Source: Dehalococcoidia bacterium
GTDB lineage: Bacteria > Chloroflexota > Dehalococcoidia > Lucifugimonadales > UBA1123
Reading direction: 5' to 3'
Length of the DNA stretch: 64,000 nt
NCBI GenBank assembly: GCA_021295915.1
Contig: JAGWBK010000013.1
Location: forward strand, 940-64,939
This document shows positions 1-9,042 of this stretch, piece by piece. The number at the start of each line of letters is the position of its first letter. Position 1 is the stretch's first letter. The notes under the pieces were generated by a model. It was not told where the DNA came from. It searched no databases and was given only the letters and a program-made list of their open reading frames with translations. The translations under genes and the position numbers were made by a program.

Positions 1-507
1 GTCACCAAGTTCTGCGAGATATGCCAGATATGCTTCATGCGCTGTCCTGGCCGCGCGATCAATCAGAACAAGATCTGGTACCGAGGCGTCGAGAAGAGCA
101 AGCTGGACTTCCGCCGATGTCGTCCGGTTATGACCAGCTACTCCGGCTGCGGCGTGTGCATGAAGGTGTGTCCCATCCAGCGCTACGGGATGCCGCAGGT
201 GATGTCCCACTACATCGAGACCGCAGAGGTCCTCGGCAAGGGGACGGAGAACCTTGAGGCCTACACCCTCGAGGACAAGGGCTACTTCAAGACCGGGCAG
301 CTTCCCAAGTTCGAGCCGGGCTTCTTCGACATGCCGATGGGCAGGTCGGAAGACCTGGTGATGGACGAGTACCGCGAGCGCATCCAGGACGTCAACGGCG
401 ACGCCGGTGCCAGAGAGGCGGTATGGATGGAGTTCAGGGAGAAGCTCGACAAGGCGCTAGAACGGCGCGACATCCCGGTGGACATGGGCATGGACCTGGG
501 GGGCTAG
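1..507 (+). CDS. 4Fe-4S dicluster domain protein, C-terminal part (gene starts upstream of window); RdhA/QueG-like ferredoxin module
   Basis: Frame 1 is open from nt 1: VTKFCEICQICFMRCPGRAI (CxxCxxCxxxCP) plus a second C-x9-CGVCMKVCP motif; stop TAG at 505-507. Confidence 0.75.
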   Translation, partial: VTKFCEICQICFMRCPGRAINQNKIWYRGVEKSKLDFRRCRPVMTSYSGCGVCMKVCPIQRYGMPQVMSHYIETAEVLGKGTENLEAYTLEDKGYFKTGQLPKFEPGFFDMPMGRSEDLVMDEYRERIQDVNGDAGAREAVWMEFREKLDKALERRDIPVDMGMDLGG

Positions 508-697
508 GCTGGACTCCAGAAGCACGCAAACCGAACCCTCCGGCGACGACTCTCAGGACAGTTCCCCCTCATCCTCTAACGGGCCGCCGGAAGGCCAGGA
601 CTTCGCCACACTGTATGGCTCGCCATCCGGCTGGATCCGCGCCAAGGTTGGCGGCGTCTTCTATGGCTGGTGGCTGGTCTTCATCACTGGCTCGGTC

Positions 698-2029
698 ATG
701 GTCATCTCGACCACCCCGATGTTCCACGCGATGGGCCTGTGGTTCGTCGCGCTCGAGCACTCCTTCGGCTGGACCCGGACGCAGCTATCGCTGGCGTTCG
801 CGTTCACGCGAGTCGAGGGCGGAATCCTGGGCCCGGTCGAGGGGTACCTGACCGACAGGCTGGGCACCAAACGGCTCGTGATAATCGGCATGACCATCAT
901 GGGTTTCGGCTGGCTGCTGTTCAGCCTTGTCCAGGACACAAAGGACGTGCCTATCCTCAGGGATATGCCGTTCCACGTGCTGCCGGACTTCACGCAGGCG
1001 ATTATCCCGCCGCTCACGTTCTATGCGGTCTATATGCTCATCGCGCTCGGCCAGGGACTTGGAAGCTGGCTCCCGCTCATGGCGATGCTGAACAACTGGT
1101 TCAACCGTCGCAGAGCGATGGCGATGGGACTCTCGAACTCGACGAGCAGGGTCGGCACTCTGATCATGATCCCGGCCATCGCGTGGGCAATCGATCCTGA
1201 GTTTGAGAGGCTCGGCTGGCGGCTGACCGTCGTGATCATCGGCATCGCGATCCTGGTGGTAAACCTTCCGCTCTCGCTGCTTATCCGCAACAGGCCGGAG
1301 GACTACGGACTGCTGCCGGACGGGGACAAGCCTGAAGAGCCCGCCAGTGAACCGTCAGACAGCGTGTCTTCCGATGACAGGCCTGCGGAGACGGTGTCGA
1401 GGCGGGCGCCGGAGCAGATCGACTTCACATGGCAGCAGGCGGTGCGAACACCAGCATTCTGGCTGATCAGTGTCGGACACGGCTGCACGTCCATGGTGCT
1501 GATCGCAATGATGGCCCACCTCGCGCCGATGATGGTAGACCGGGGCTACAGCCTGCAGACAGCGTCGTTCGTCATTACGGGGTACACGGTCGTGTCGATG
1601 GTCTTTCAGCTAATCGGCGGCTACTTCGGTGACAGGGTGCCAAAGCGACTCGCCCTGTTTGTGTTCACATGGATACAGGCATCCGGTGTGTTCCTGCTGA
1701 CACTCGGGCCGGCGACTCTGCCTGTGGCATACGGGTTCGCGCTGCTGTTCGGCGCCGGCTTCGGCGGACGCAACCCGCTGACAGTGTCCATACGCGGAGA
1801 GTACTTCGGAAGAAAGTCGTTCGGAGTCATCATGGGCATATCCCAGGTGCCAATGAACATACTGCTGCTCGCCGCGCCTGTTTTCGCGGGAGTGGTGTAC
1901 GACGTGACAGGCGAGTACACGATTGCGTTCACGGTGCTCGCCAGTCTAAACATGGTCGGCGGAGTGCTGTTCCTGCTGGCAACGCGACCAAGACTCACTC
2001 AACCCGCGAGGGCCGTCGCGCGGGCATAG
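698..2029 (+). CDS. MFS transporter (OFA-like); true start probably upstream of 698
   Basis: Multi-TM hydrophobic profile with a central cytoplasmic loop. The same frame upstream reads ...RAKVGGVFYGWWLVFITGSV (typical MFS TM1), but has no ATG/GTG/TTG. Confidence 0.85.
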   Translation: MVISTTPMFHAMGLWFVALEHSFGWTRTQLSLAFAFTRVEGGILGPVEGYLTDRLGTKRLVIIGMTIMGFGWLLFSLVQDTKDVPILRDMPFHVLPDFTQAIIPPLTFYAVYMLIALGQGLGSWLPLMAMLNNWFNRRRAMAMGLSNSTSRVGTLIMIPAIAWAIDPEFERLGWRLTVVIIGIAILVVNLPLSLLIRNRPEDYGLLPDGDKPEEPASEPSDSVSSDDRPAETVSRRAPEQIDFTWQQAVRTPAFWLISVGHGCTSMVLIAMMAHLAPMMVDRGYSLQTASFVITGYTVVSMVFQLIGGYFGDRVPKRLALFVFTWIQASGVFLLTLGPATLPVAYGFALLFGAGFGGRNPLTVSIRGEYFGRKSFGVIMGISQVPMNILLLAAPVFAGVVYDVTGEYTIAFTVLASLNMVGGVLFLLATRPRLTQPARAVARA

Positions 2030-2054
2030 GTTTTCACAAGTAACAGACAGGAGT

Positions 2055-2193
2055 GGAGTGAGGGTTGTTCGCCCTCACCCAACCCTCCCCCAGTAGGAGA
2101 TAACAAGGGTAGGTATAAGCGTACAAACAAGCACGAACACCAACCAACAGACCCCCTCTCCCTCAGGGAGAGGGTTGGGGTGAGGGTGAAAAG
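2055..2193. repeat. Rep-A palindromic element, two copies in inverted orientation
   Basis: 2152-2193 reads CCCCCTCTCCCTCAGGGAGAGGGTTGGGGTGAGGGTGAAAAGC. 2057-2091 is a reverse-oriented partial copy (GTGAGGGttgttcGCCCTCACCCAACCCTCCCC). Confidence 0.85.
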
Positions 2194-2252
2194 CACGAAT
2201 ACCTACCCCTGTGAGCCGTGAGGCAGAGGGGACCAAATAGGAGGTACACACA

Positions 2253-2633
2253 ATGCCAATCGTAGACCACAACAACGCTCCTGAGGTGCCCTGGAGGCCA
2301 AACTACCGCAAGTGGGCGATTACGCAGGAGGGCGACGGCACGACCTCGACGGACGCCGCGATAAGCGAGGTCGGAGTCGGCACTGGAGCCCCGCTGCACA
2401 CCCACGAAGACGATGAGCTGATCGTAGTCCTCAGCGGTACGCTCAGCGTCCGCTACGGTGACGAGACCCACGAGGTAGGCGCAGACCACACCATCGTCGT
2501 ACCCCCCAACGTCCCACACGGTTTCACCGCCATCGGCGACGGCCCAGCCACCATCATCGGAATGTTCCCAGCCAAAGACCCGTTCCTACGGACCAAGTTC
2601 CTAGAGGGAGAGCCGCCCGAGGTGCATAGGTAG
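2253..2633 (+). CDS. cupin domain protein
   Basis: GAPLHTHEDDELIVVLSGTL...HTIVVPPNVPHGF matches the two cupin His motifs. Confidence 0.8.
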   Translation: MPIVDHNNAPEVPWRPNYRKWAITQEGDGTTSTDAAISEVGVGTGAPLHTHEDDELIVVLSGTLSVRYGDETHEVGADHTIVVPPNVPHGFTAIGDGPATIIGMFPAKDPFLRTKFLEGEPPEVHR

Positions 2634-2845
2634 GGGCTACCTGAGAGTTCAGCAGGTCTCCGGATTTCAAAAGACTTCAGCGAACAGTTCTCAGACTGCT
2701 AGCTCTTTTGTATAACTGGCCGCATCACCTTAGGCATTTATTCTCAACTCCGATTGCCTAGCATGTAAAGGTGAGGAGGACTCAGTGACCCACACTGGCC
2801 ACGCCAACAATATCGCTGGCAACAGATTTGTTGGCAAATTGAGAG

Positions 2846-2904
2846 GCGCTTAGAATTTCTCGGTAGGAGCCACTTCGTGGATTCCCGCTTTCGCGGGAAT
2901 GACG
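2846..2904. repeat. Rep-B element (GTCATTCCCGCGAAAGCGGGAATCCAC family, long form)
   Basis: gcgcttagaatttctcggtaggagccacttcgtGGATTCCCGCtttcGCGGGAATGACg; related copies occur at 6990, 55055, 55161, 55649, 55829, 58563 and 63051. Confidence 0.8.
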
Positions 2905-2948
2905 AAAACAATGGAGCCTTGAAGACTTCGAATATGACCGAGGCTTAC

Positions 2949-5861
2949 CTACTCCACCACCTGCATCATGTGCTCAGGAGCAGGAGTCAGTAGCTCAACC
3001 GGAATTGGCCTGTAGGTGCCTGAGTCGAGGGCCCAGAGGACTTCGAACTGGGTCGGACCTGATGGAGATTTATACTCGATGCGTAGGCGGTTCTGTCCTG
3101 GGGTGAGTCTGAGTTCGCCGGTCGTGGCCGTGTTGTCGCCGGGAGGGTCCTCGGCGACGAGGCGGTTGTTGACGTAGAGGGAAATCTCCCCATTGTGAGT
3201 GCGGCTGACTTTGAACCGATGAGCACCGAGCGTGTCGGTCCGGAGAGAGCCCTCCCAGACTGCTGTGTATGGGTGTGGAATGACCGGGCTGTAGTGGAAG
3301 AGGTCCATCGAGGGCGTGACCTGCATCGAGCCCGGGACTCCTGACGTACGTTCGCCCTCGAAGAAGCGTCCGGCGAGGCCCACTGGTCTGACAGAGCCAC
3401 GGTACAGCCTGCTGAATGGGATGGGTTCGCGGACACCGTCCTCGTTCTGCCATAGCACCCGAATTGAACCGTCAGGGCCTTCGATGTCGGCGACGATGGA
3501 TAACTCGTGCAGACCGGACGCGAGGGTCACTCGCGAGGTCGTCATGTTTGATTCCAGGACTCGCTGGCCGTTCAGATCGACGACGGCGTGGGAGCTGTCG
3601 AGCATGAACTCGTACTCGCCATATTCTGGTACATGCAGCGAGCCGGAGAGCGCGACACGGTACGGAAACTGCTCTGGGCCGGCGTCGGGGTGCCACGTCG
3701 AGTCCGTAACGCTGTCTCGCCTTCCGGGGACCTCGTTCCTGTTCACAGTGTACGTCGCGTCCAGACCCTGCCGAGAGGCAAGCTCCTCACGGCTGACGAA
3801 GCCGGTGTAGTACATCGGGTCGCCGCCAGCGGGCGCGGTCACGATGTTGAACTCGGCGTCGGGGTAGTAGGCCTTCATCACCTCCCAGAAGCCACGCTCA
3901 CGCGGTTCGAAGTAGGCGGCTGCGCCTCTCCAGACAAGCGTCGAGACGAGCGGCAGAGTCTCGGGAGCCTTCAGCACCTCGACCCTTGGATGGTTGGCGA
4001 GCAGCGTGCTGGTCAGGCCGAACAGGAACTGTCTCGACACCCACAGCGAGTAGCCGAGCCGTTGACGCTCGACCTGGCTACGCGCCATCAGCGTCTCGTC
4101 GGTCGAGAACCCCGCGTACACCCTGGGATCGTTCGCCTGGTCGCCAAAGTAGAGGTCGACGTTGAGGTACGCGACAATCCCCAGGAGAGCGAGGATAGCT
4201 GGCAGCGCGATTCGTCTCGCGAGACTCCACGGGACGTCTCTCCACGTTCGCCACAGCAGATCGATGACAAGTGCGGCCAGCGCTGCAACAGCCGGAATGA
4301 CCAGGATCGACCTCAGTGACTGGGGTGCCTCCCACGGCACGGTGAGGACGCCGGGGAGCACCATGAAGAACACCCAGAACGGCAGCATAAACAGCGCGAC
4401 GGACCGCCACCGGATCAGCGCGAAGAAGAAGCCGAGAACGAACAGCGCGCCGGTTATGCGGTCGAGCATCGGCGCGTTCGGCAGATTGTGTCGCGGGTTG
4501 GGGTCGCCCTCGACGTTGAACATGAGCACATGCATGTCCAGGCTGGAGAGGAGCCTGCTCCCCCAGTCCTCTCGTGGAGTCAGGTTGAACAGCGAGGTCG
4601 TCTCGGTTCGCTCAAAGAACTGCTCGGAATTCTCCATCGCGTACTGCGCGACGGGCGCTGCCACAAACAGAGTGAGAATCGCCATCGTCGCTATATTTGC
4701 CGCGTACGCCCTGAAGTTGGGGCGCGACACCAGCAGGTGCAGTAGAAGAATCAACCCGACCACTAGCGGGAACATCCTGAAAGGGGAGTAGAACCACATA
4801 CCCAGACCAAGGGACGCACCGGCGAATGCGAAGTCCGACGTTCGCCCGGTTCGTATCGCACGGAGCATCAGCCATCCGGTAAGGGCCGCGAATAGCACGC
4901 CGGTGATGCCGTGCATCCCGATGCGGCTCCAGTTGAGGTCCCAGCGCATGACGGCCACGAGGAATGCGGCAATCAGCGCAGCCGACGCCCCGAGCACATG
5001 ACGGACGAAAAGGAACGTGGCGACAATGCCCAGCAACCCGAACGCAGCGGCCACGAGTCTCGGCGTGGTGATTGCCACGCCCGCGAGCTTGACGACGGCA
5101 GCGATAGGCATCAGGAACATCGTCGGAAGATTAGTGGAGGGTTCATACACCGGAATCTGCCCGGGGTCACCTGCGTACTCGCGGGCATGGAACAGGTTGT
5201 CAGCCTCGTCGAACCAGAGCCCGGCGGGCAGGTCATCGAGGTTGTACAGCCGCAGTCCTGCTGCCAGCACGAGGATCGCCAACAGGACGAGCCACGGCAC
5301 TGTCGAACGCAGTCCGATATGCAGTCCGCCCGCGGCCTTCAGCCTGAGTATCAGTGCGGTCCACCGATTGTCCATGGCGGGAATGGCAGCCAGCGTGAGA
5401 GCGACTGCGGCTCCGAATGAGTACCAGGCGAGGGTCAGGCTCTCGGGCTCGTCGTGTCCGAAGTTGCGGAGCGCGACGAACATCAGGACGATGGAGCAGA
5501 GCGCGGCGAGGGCCCCGATCGTTCTCTCGTTCAGATCGACTCCGAAACGCGAGTTGGGGTCCGCTGGGAACCTACGGGAGTAGGGGCAGGTTTGAGACCT
5601 CCCTCTACCTGTAGAGGCGGCTCGCTCGTCCGTTGTCTGTTCTCGCCGTGTGTCCGCAAGCGCCAGGCACACTACAGCGATGACGAGCGGCGCAATGGCC
5701 CACTTCATGTCGTCAGCGCGTATGAAATGGTCTGCCAGAATGGCCAGGACGATGGCGGACGCGACGAGCGTGAACCTGACAGCCGCAGCGCGACCAAGCT
5801 GTTCACGAATGAGTTTGGGCCCAGGGCCGGAAGAGTCGGGAGGGTTATCCGGGGCGCTCAT
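2949..5861 (-). CDS. GT39/ArnT-like membrane glycosyltransferase fused to two C-terminal PA14-like domains
   Basis: About 12 TM segments with an ArnT/PMT-like N-half (LYNLDDLPAGLWFDEADN). The C-half has two PA14-like units (GLDATYTVN...GEYEFMLDS; GLAGRFFEGE...AVWEGSL...HRFKV). The start overlaps the upstream stop (ATGA). Confidence 0.75.
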   Translation of the reverse strand: MSAPDNPPDSSGPGPKLIREQLGRAAAVRFTLVASAIVLAILADHFIRADDMKWAIAPLVIAVVCLALADTRREQTTDERAASTGRGRSQTCPYSRRFPADPNSRFGVDLNERTIGALAALCSIVLMFVALRNFGHDEPESLTLAWYSFGAAVALTLAAIPAMDNRWTALILRLKAAGGLHIGLRSTVPWLVLLAILVLAAGLRLYNLDDLPAGLWFDEADNLFHAREYAGDPGQIPVYEPSTNLPTMFLMPIAAVVKLAGVAITTPRLVAAAFGLLGIVATFLFVRHVLGASAALIAAFLVAVMRWDLNWSRIGMHGITGVLFAALTGWLMLRAIRTGRTSDFAFAGASLGLGMWFYSPFRMFPLVVGLILLLHLLVSRPNFRAYAANIATMAILTLFVAAPVAQYAMENSEQFFERTETTSLFNLTPREDWGSRLLSSLDMHVLMFNVEGDPNPRHNLPNAPMLDRITGALFVLGFFFALIRWRSVALFMLPFWVFFMVLPGVLTVPWEAPQSLRSILVIPAVAALAALVIDLLWRTWRDVPWSLARRIALPAILALLGIVAYLNVDLYFGDQANDPRVYAGFSTDETLMARSQVERQRLGYSLWVSRQFLFGLTSTLLANHPRVEVLKAPETLPLVSTLVWRGAAAYFEPRERGFWEVMKAYYPDAEFNIVTAPAGGDPMYYTGFVSREELASRQGLDATYTVNRNEVPGRRDSVTDSTWHPDAGPEQFPYRVALSGSLHVPEYGEYEFMLDSSHAVVDLNGQRVLESNMTTSRVTLASGLHELSIVADIEGPDGSIRVLWQNEDGVREPIPFSRLYRGSVRPVGLAGRFFEGERTSGVPGSMQVTPSMDLFHYSPVIPHPYTAVWEGSLRTDTLGAHRFKVSRTHNGEISLYVNNRLVAEDPPGDNTATTGELRLTPGQNRLRIEYKSPSGPTQFEVLWALDSGTYRPIPVELLTPAPEHMMQVVE

Positions 5862-8143
5862 GCCGGAGCTTCGGTCTTCACCACACCGAGTTCGTACAAC
5901 TCGTCAATCTGGTCCGGGGTGTATCCGAGTTCATCCAGCACTTCCCTGGTGTGCTGGCCGAGAAGCGGTGTCGGTCGAGTCGGCAACGTGGTGGAACCGT
6001 CAAAGGCCACGAGGTTGCCGCTCATCTTCACCGGTCCCAGCGAGGGGTGGTCCAGTACGGTCGCCATTCGATTTGACTGCGTCTGCGGATCATCGAAGAA
6101 CCCGTTGACGTAGTTTTCGACCACCGGAGCACATGGGACGCCGTGCTGTCGGAGCGTATTCAGGACTTCACTGACCGTCATGTCAGCGATGGCACGCTCG
6201 GCCTGTTCCGAGCTCGATAGCCAAGTCAGTCCGGTTACAGGTGAATCGGCAGCTACCGCAATCCAGCCGTCCGATGCGCTGTACACTCGGCGAAGTGGGC
6301 TGACCCCGTACTGGTCGCTGTCCGGCAGCGGCCTGGGCGTCATGTCCTCGTACCGCATGAAGCCATCCATGCACATGAGAGATCCGGCAGCCAGCAAGCT
6401 GGTGTTGACCCGCTGGGCAGTCCCAAGTCGTTCCCGCGCCACCAGGCCGAGGACCGTGCCCAACGCCCCCAGCGCGCCACCTGTGTAGTCGCACGGGGCG
6501 AGCACACCCAGGTACACCGGAGGGTTATCGTACCCGCCCTGGGCGTGCTGGAGTCCTGTGATCGCCTGCGCGATCGGGTCGACTCCGGGACGGTGCGAGT
6601 ACGGTCCGTCCCATCCGTAAGCAGTGACGTGCGATTGGATTAGTCCGGGGTTGAGTTCGTTGAGCGTCTCGCTGTCCAGTCCCATGCGGTCTGTCGCGCC
6701 GGGCCTCATGTTGGCGAGAATGGCGTCAGAGGTGGCCGCTAGACGCCGGGCAACCTCCTTGCCCTCGTCGGTGCGCGTGTTGACCGAGACCGATATCTTG
6801 TTCGTGTTGTACGAGATGAAGCCCGCGCCCCCGGCTGGTCTGGAGATGTCGCCGTCCAGCGACTCGAACTTGACCATCTCAGCGTCGAGGTCAGCGAGAA
6901 GCCGCCCCGCAACCGGCCCGGCAATCACGTTGGTCATCTCCATGATGCGGACGCCAGAGAGCGGGAGGCTGGATTCACCCTCCTCTACCCCTGGGTTCCC
7001 GCTTTCCCGGGAATGACGGGACTGGGAGCGGTTCTCGTGTTCCCGGTAGGGGCGGGTTTGTAACCCGCCCACGCGTGGACCACGTACCTGTCCCGGGGTC
7101 GCGGCCAACTTGATGGGCAACCCCATCATCGCGGTGTCACCAAGCACAGGGTCGTCCAACTGCTGAACGAGGCCATCGTGGATGATCTGGGGGTCTGACA
7201 TCGCTTCCTGCGCGCTTCTTACGAGGTCGCACGGGACGTCGGCAGCCCACAGCTCTTCTATCCACTCGTCCGAGGGACGGGTACGGATCCTGTCGGCGAC
7301 TATGTCGAAGAGCCGCCTGCGAGCGTCCTCAGTAGCTGGCCAGCGGCCGTCGCCAAACTCTGGATTCATCGCGATGACGTCGGCGACGCCGATCACCACT
7401 GAGGCGAGGTCTACGAAACCGGAATGGATGCAGCCGATCTGGAGCCACTCACCGTCAGCGCACTCGAACACGCTGTAGAACGGTCCGCCGCCCTGTGGAG
7501 ACGGGAGCGCGTTCCGCGTGGGAATCGCGTCACTCACTGCCTTGGGCGTGTACAGCAGCGCACCCGCCATCAGCGAGGTCTCCACTCGCGAGCCGATGCC
7601 CGTCTTCTCGCGGCGGTAGATCGCGGCGCATATTCCCAACGCAGCGAGCATTCCAGCCCCTACGTACGCGATCGGATGGACCACGTGAATCGGTCCGCCA
7701 CGGTACGAGGGCTGGCTTGCAAGAACACCCGTCCGGGCTGCCACGAGGTCGTGGTCGGCAGGCTCGTCCTTCAGGGGACCGTCCGAGCCGTATGCGGTAA
7801 TCGAGCAGTGTATGAGCCGCTCGTTGTCAGACCTGAGACCGTCGATTCCGAGCTGGGCTCTCAGAGACGAGCCCGGAGCGAAGTCGTCGAGCACGATGTC
7901 CGCATCCGCACACAGTTCCCCAACGGCCTCTGGCGACGCGTCCGGGTCGAGCCTGAGCACCTCCTTGCCCCGGTCGTACACGGCGAAGATGCCGGGCATA
8001 CGCACCACGTCTTCGTCGTAGAAAGCAATGCGCACGACGCGAGCGCCGTTGTCAGCCAGGAACATCGAAGCGAGCCCACCGGCCAGCCCGGTCGACAGGT
8101 CTACGACCGTGATGCCGTCGAGGGCAGACGGAGTTTCAGGCAT
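5858..8143 (-). CDS. tandem family-III CoA-transferase (CaiB/BaiF) fusion protein
   Basis: Two full CoA-transferase III N-termini are present: LDGITVVDLSTGLAGGLASMFLADNGARVVRI, and PLSGVRIMEMTNVIAGPVAGRLLADLDAEMVKFE at about aa 395. The C-terminal LGQHTREVLDELGYTPDQIDEL occurs only once. The linker is encoded by Rep-C plus Rep-B. Confidence 0.8.
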   Translation of the reverse strand: MPETPSALDGITVVDLSTGLAGGLASMFLADNGARVVRIAFYDEDVVRMPGIFAVYDRGKEVLRLDPDASPEAVGELCADADIVLDDFAPGSSLRAQLGIDGLRSDNERLIHCSITAYGSDGPLKDEPADHDLVAARTGVLASQPSYRGGPIHVVHPIAYVGAGMLAALGICAAIYRREKTGIGSRVETSLMAGALLYTPKAVSDAIPTRNALPSPQGGGPFYSVFECADGEWLQIGCIHSGFVDLASVVIGVADVIAMNPEFGDGRWPATEDARRRLFDIVADRIRTRPSDEWIEELWAADVPCDLVRSAQEAMSDPQIIHDGLVQQLDDPVLGDTAMMGLPIKLAATPGQVRGPRVGGLQTRPYREHENRSQSRHSRESGNPGVEEGESSLPLSGVRIMEMTNVIAGPVAGRLLADLDAEMVKFESLDGDISRPAGGAGFISYNTNKISVSVNTRTDEGKEVARRLAATSDAILANMRPGATDRMGLDSETLNELNPGLIQSHVTAYGWDGPYSHRPGVDPIAQAITGLQHAQGGYDNPPVYLGVLAPCDYTGGALGALGTVLGLVARERLGTAQRVNTSLLAAGSLMCMDGFMRYEDMTPRPLPDSDQYGVSPLRRVYSASDGWIAVAADSPVTGLTWLSSSEQAERAIADMTVSEVLNTLRQHGVPCAPVVENYVNGFFDDPQTQSNRMATVLDHPSLGPVKMSGNLVAFDGSTTLPTRPTPLLGQHTREVLDELGYTPDQIDELYELGVVKTEAPA

Positions 8144-8363
8144 GGAGGAAAGTCCTATCAGAAATCACAGTGACCGCTATTGTGTTGAGGCCGCTGCAAG
8201 GTGTCAAGGATAAGACAACTATCACGCTCTCTGGAAATAGTGAATCTGGACTGGGCAGAAACGCATCTGAATAGTTGTAAGTGTGGAAGCGGCCGCTGAC
8301 ACCTGCACTGCGCAGTTGATGTAGAATTACTTAGTCCCATTTTGTCCCTACCTGGAGTTAGAC

Positions 8364-8957
8364 ATGCTCAACAAGCTCGGACGTATTACAAGACTCAACC
8401 CGGACCGTGTGCAGCCCGATGCGCCTCCCGGTCAGTTCGTCACCGACAGATTCCCAGTGCTGACATTCGGCCCGACACCTCGAATCAATCTCGATGACTG
8501 GCAGTTCAAGATCTCCGGTCTGGTCGACGAGGAGATCACGCTGGACTGGAAACAGTTCAACGACCTCCCGCAGATAACGCTCGACGCCGAGTTCCACTGC
8601 GTAACCCAGTGGAGCAAGCTCCAGAACACCTGGCAGGGCATCCTGTTCACCGACGTCATGAAGCTCGTCACGCCCAAGCCGGGCTACGGCGGCTACTCGA
8701 CGAACGTCGCGCTCGACGTTCTTGTCGACGACGACGTGATGTTCGCGCACTCACACGACGGCGCCCCGCTGACTCCGGAGCACGGCGGCCCCATGCGGCT
8801 CGTCGTTCCCAAGCGGTACGGCTGGAAGAGCGCGAAGTGGGTCAACGGCATCGAGTTCATGGCCGAGGACGAGCCCGGCTTCTGGGAGATGCGCGGCTAC
8901 CACATGGAGGGCGACCCCTGGAAGGAAGAGCGCTTCTGGAGCAGCCTGACCTACTAG
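8364..8957 (+). CDS. sulfite-oxidase-like molybdopterin-binding oxidoreductase (short YedY/MsrP-like form)
   Basis: EFHCVTQWSKL...GAPLTPEHGGPMRLVVPKRYGWKSAKWV matches the oxidoreductase molybdopterin-binding domain. Confidence 0.8.
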   Translation: MLNKLGRITRLNPDRVQPDAPPGQFVTDRFPVLTFGPTPRINLDDWQFKISGLVDEEITLDWKQFNDLPQITLDAEFHCVTQWSKLQNTWQGILFTDVMKLVTPKPGYGGYSTNVALDVLVDDDVMFAHSHDGAPLTPEHGGPMRLVVPKRYGWKSAKWVNGIEFMAEDEPGFWEMRGYHMEGDPWKEERFWSSLTY

Positions 8958-9042
8958 AATTGTGAATGTTGAATCTGGAATTGCGAATTGGCTTAGGGAT
9001 TCATTAGCTCTCGCCACTCACAATTCTCTATTCACCATTTCC
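8957..9042. repeat. Rep-E inverted-repeat cassette, empty copy (E1)
   Basis: Left arm GAATTGTGAATGTTGAATCTGGAATTGCGAATTGG. Right arm CCACTCACAATTCTCTATTCACCATTTCC (reverse complement GGAAATGGTGAATAGAGAATTGTGAGTGG). It lies between convergent genes and overlaps both stop codons. Confidence 0.75.

Noticed and set aside
2987-5614. Numerous 60-240-codon ORFs antisense to or out of frame with the GT39-PA14 gene. The same occurs inside the BNR protein, CoA-transferase, carB and the 920-aa protein.
   Set aside because: These are typical high-GC shadow ORFs. They have Arg/Pro/Ala/Ser-rich low-complexity translations and no motifs, and they are fully nested in strongly supported genes.
8144-8363. Moco riboswitch upstream of the molybdopterin-binding oxidoreductase.
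   Set aside because: I could not recognise the conserved Moco-RNA core motifs. The spacer instead contains a partial Rep-E arm (GGAAATAGTGAATCTGG) and probably divergent promoters.
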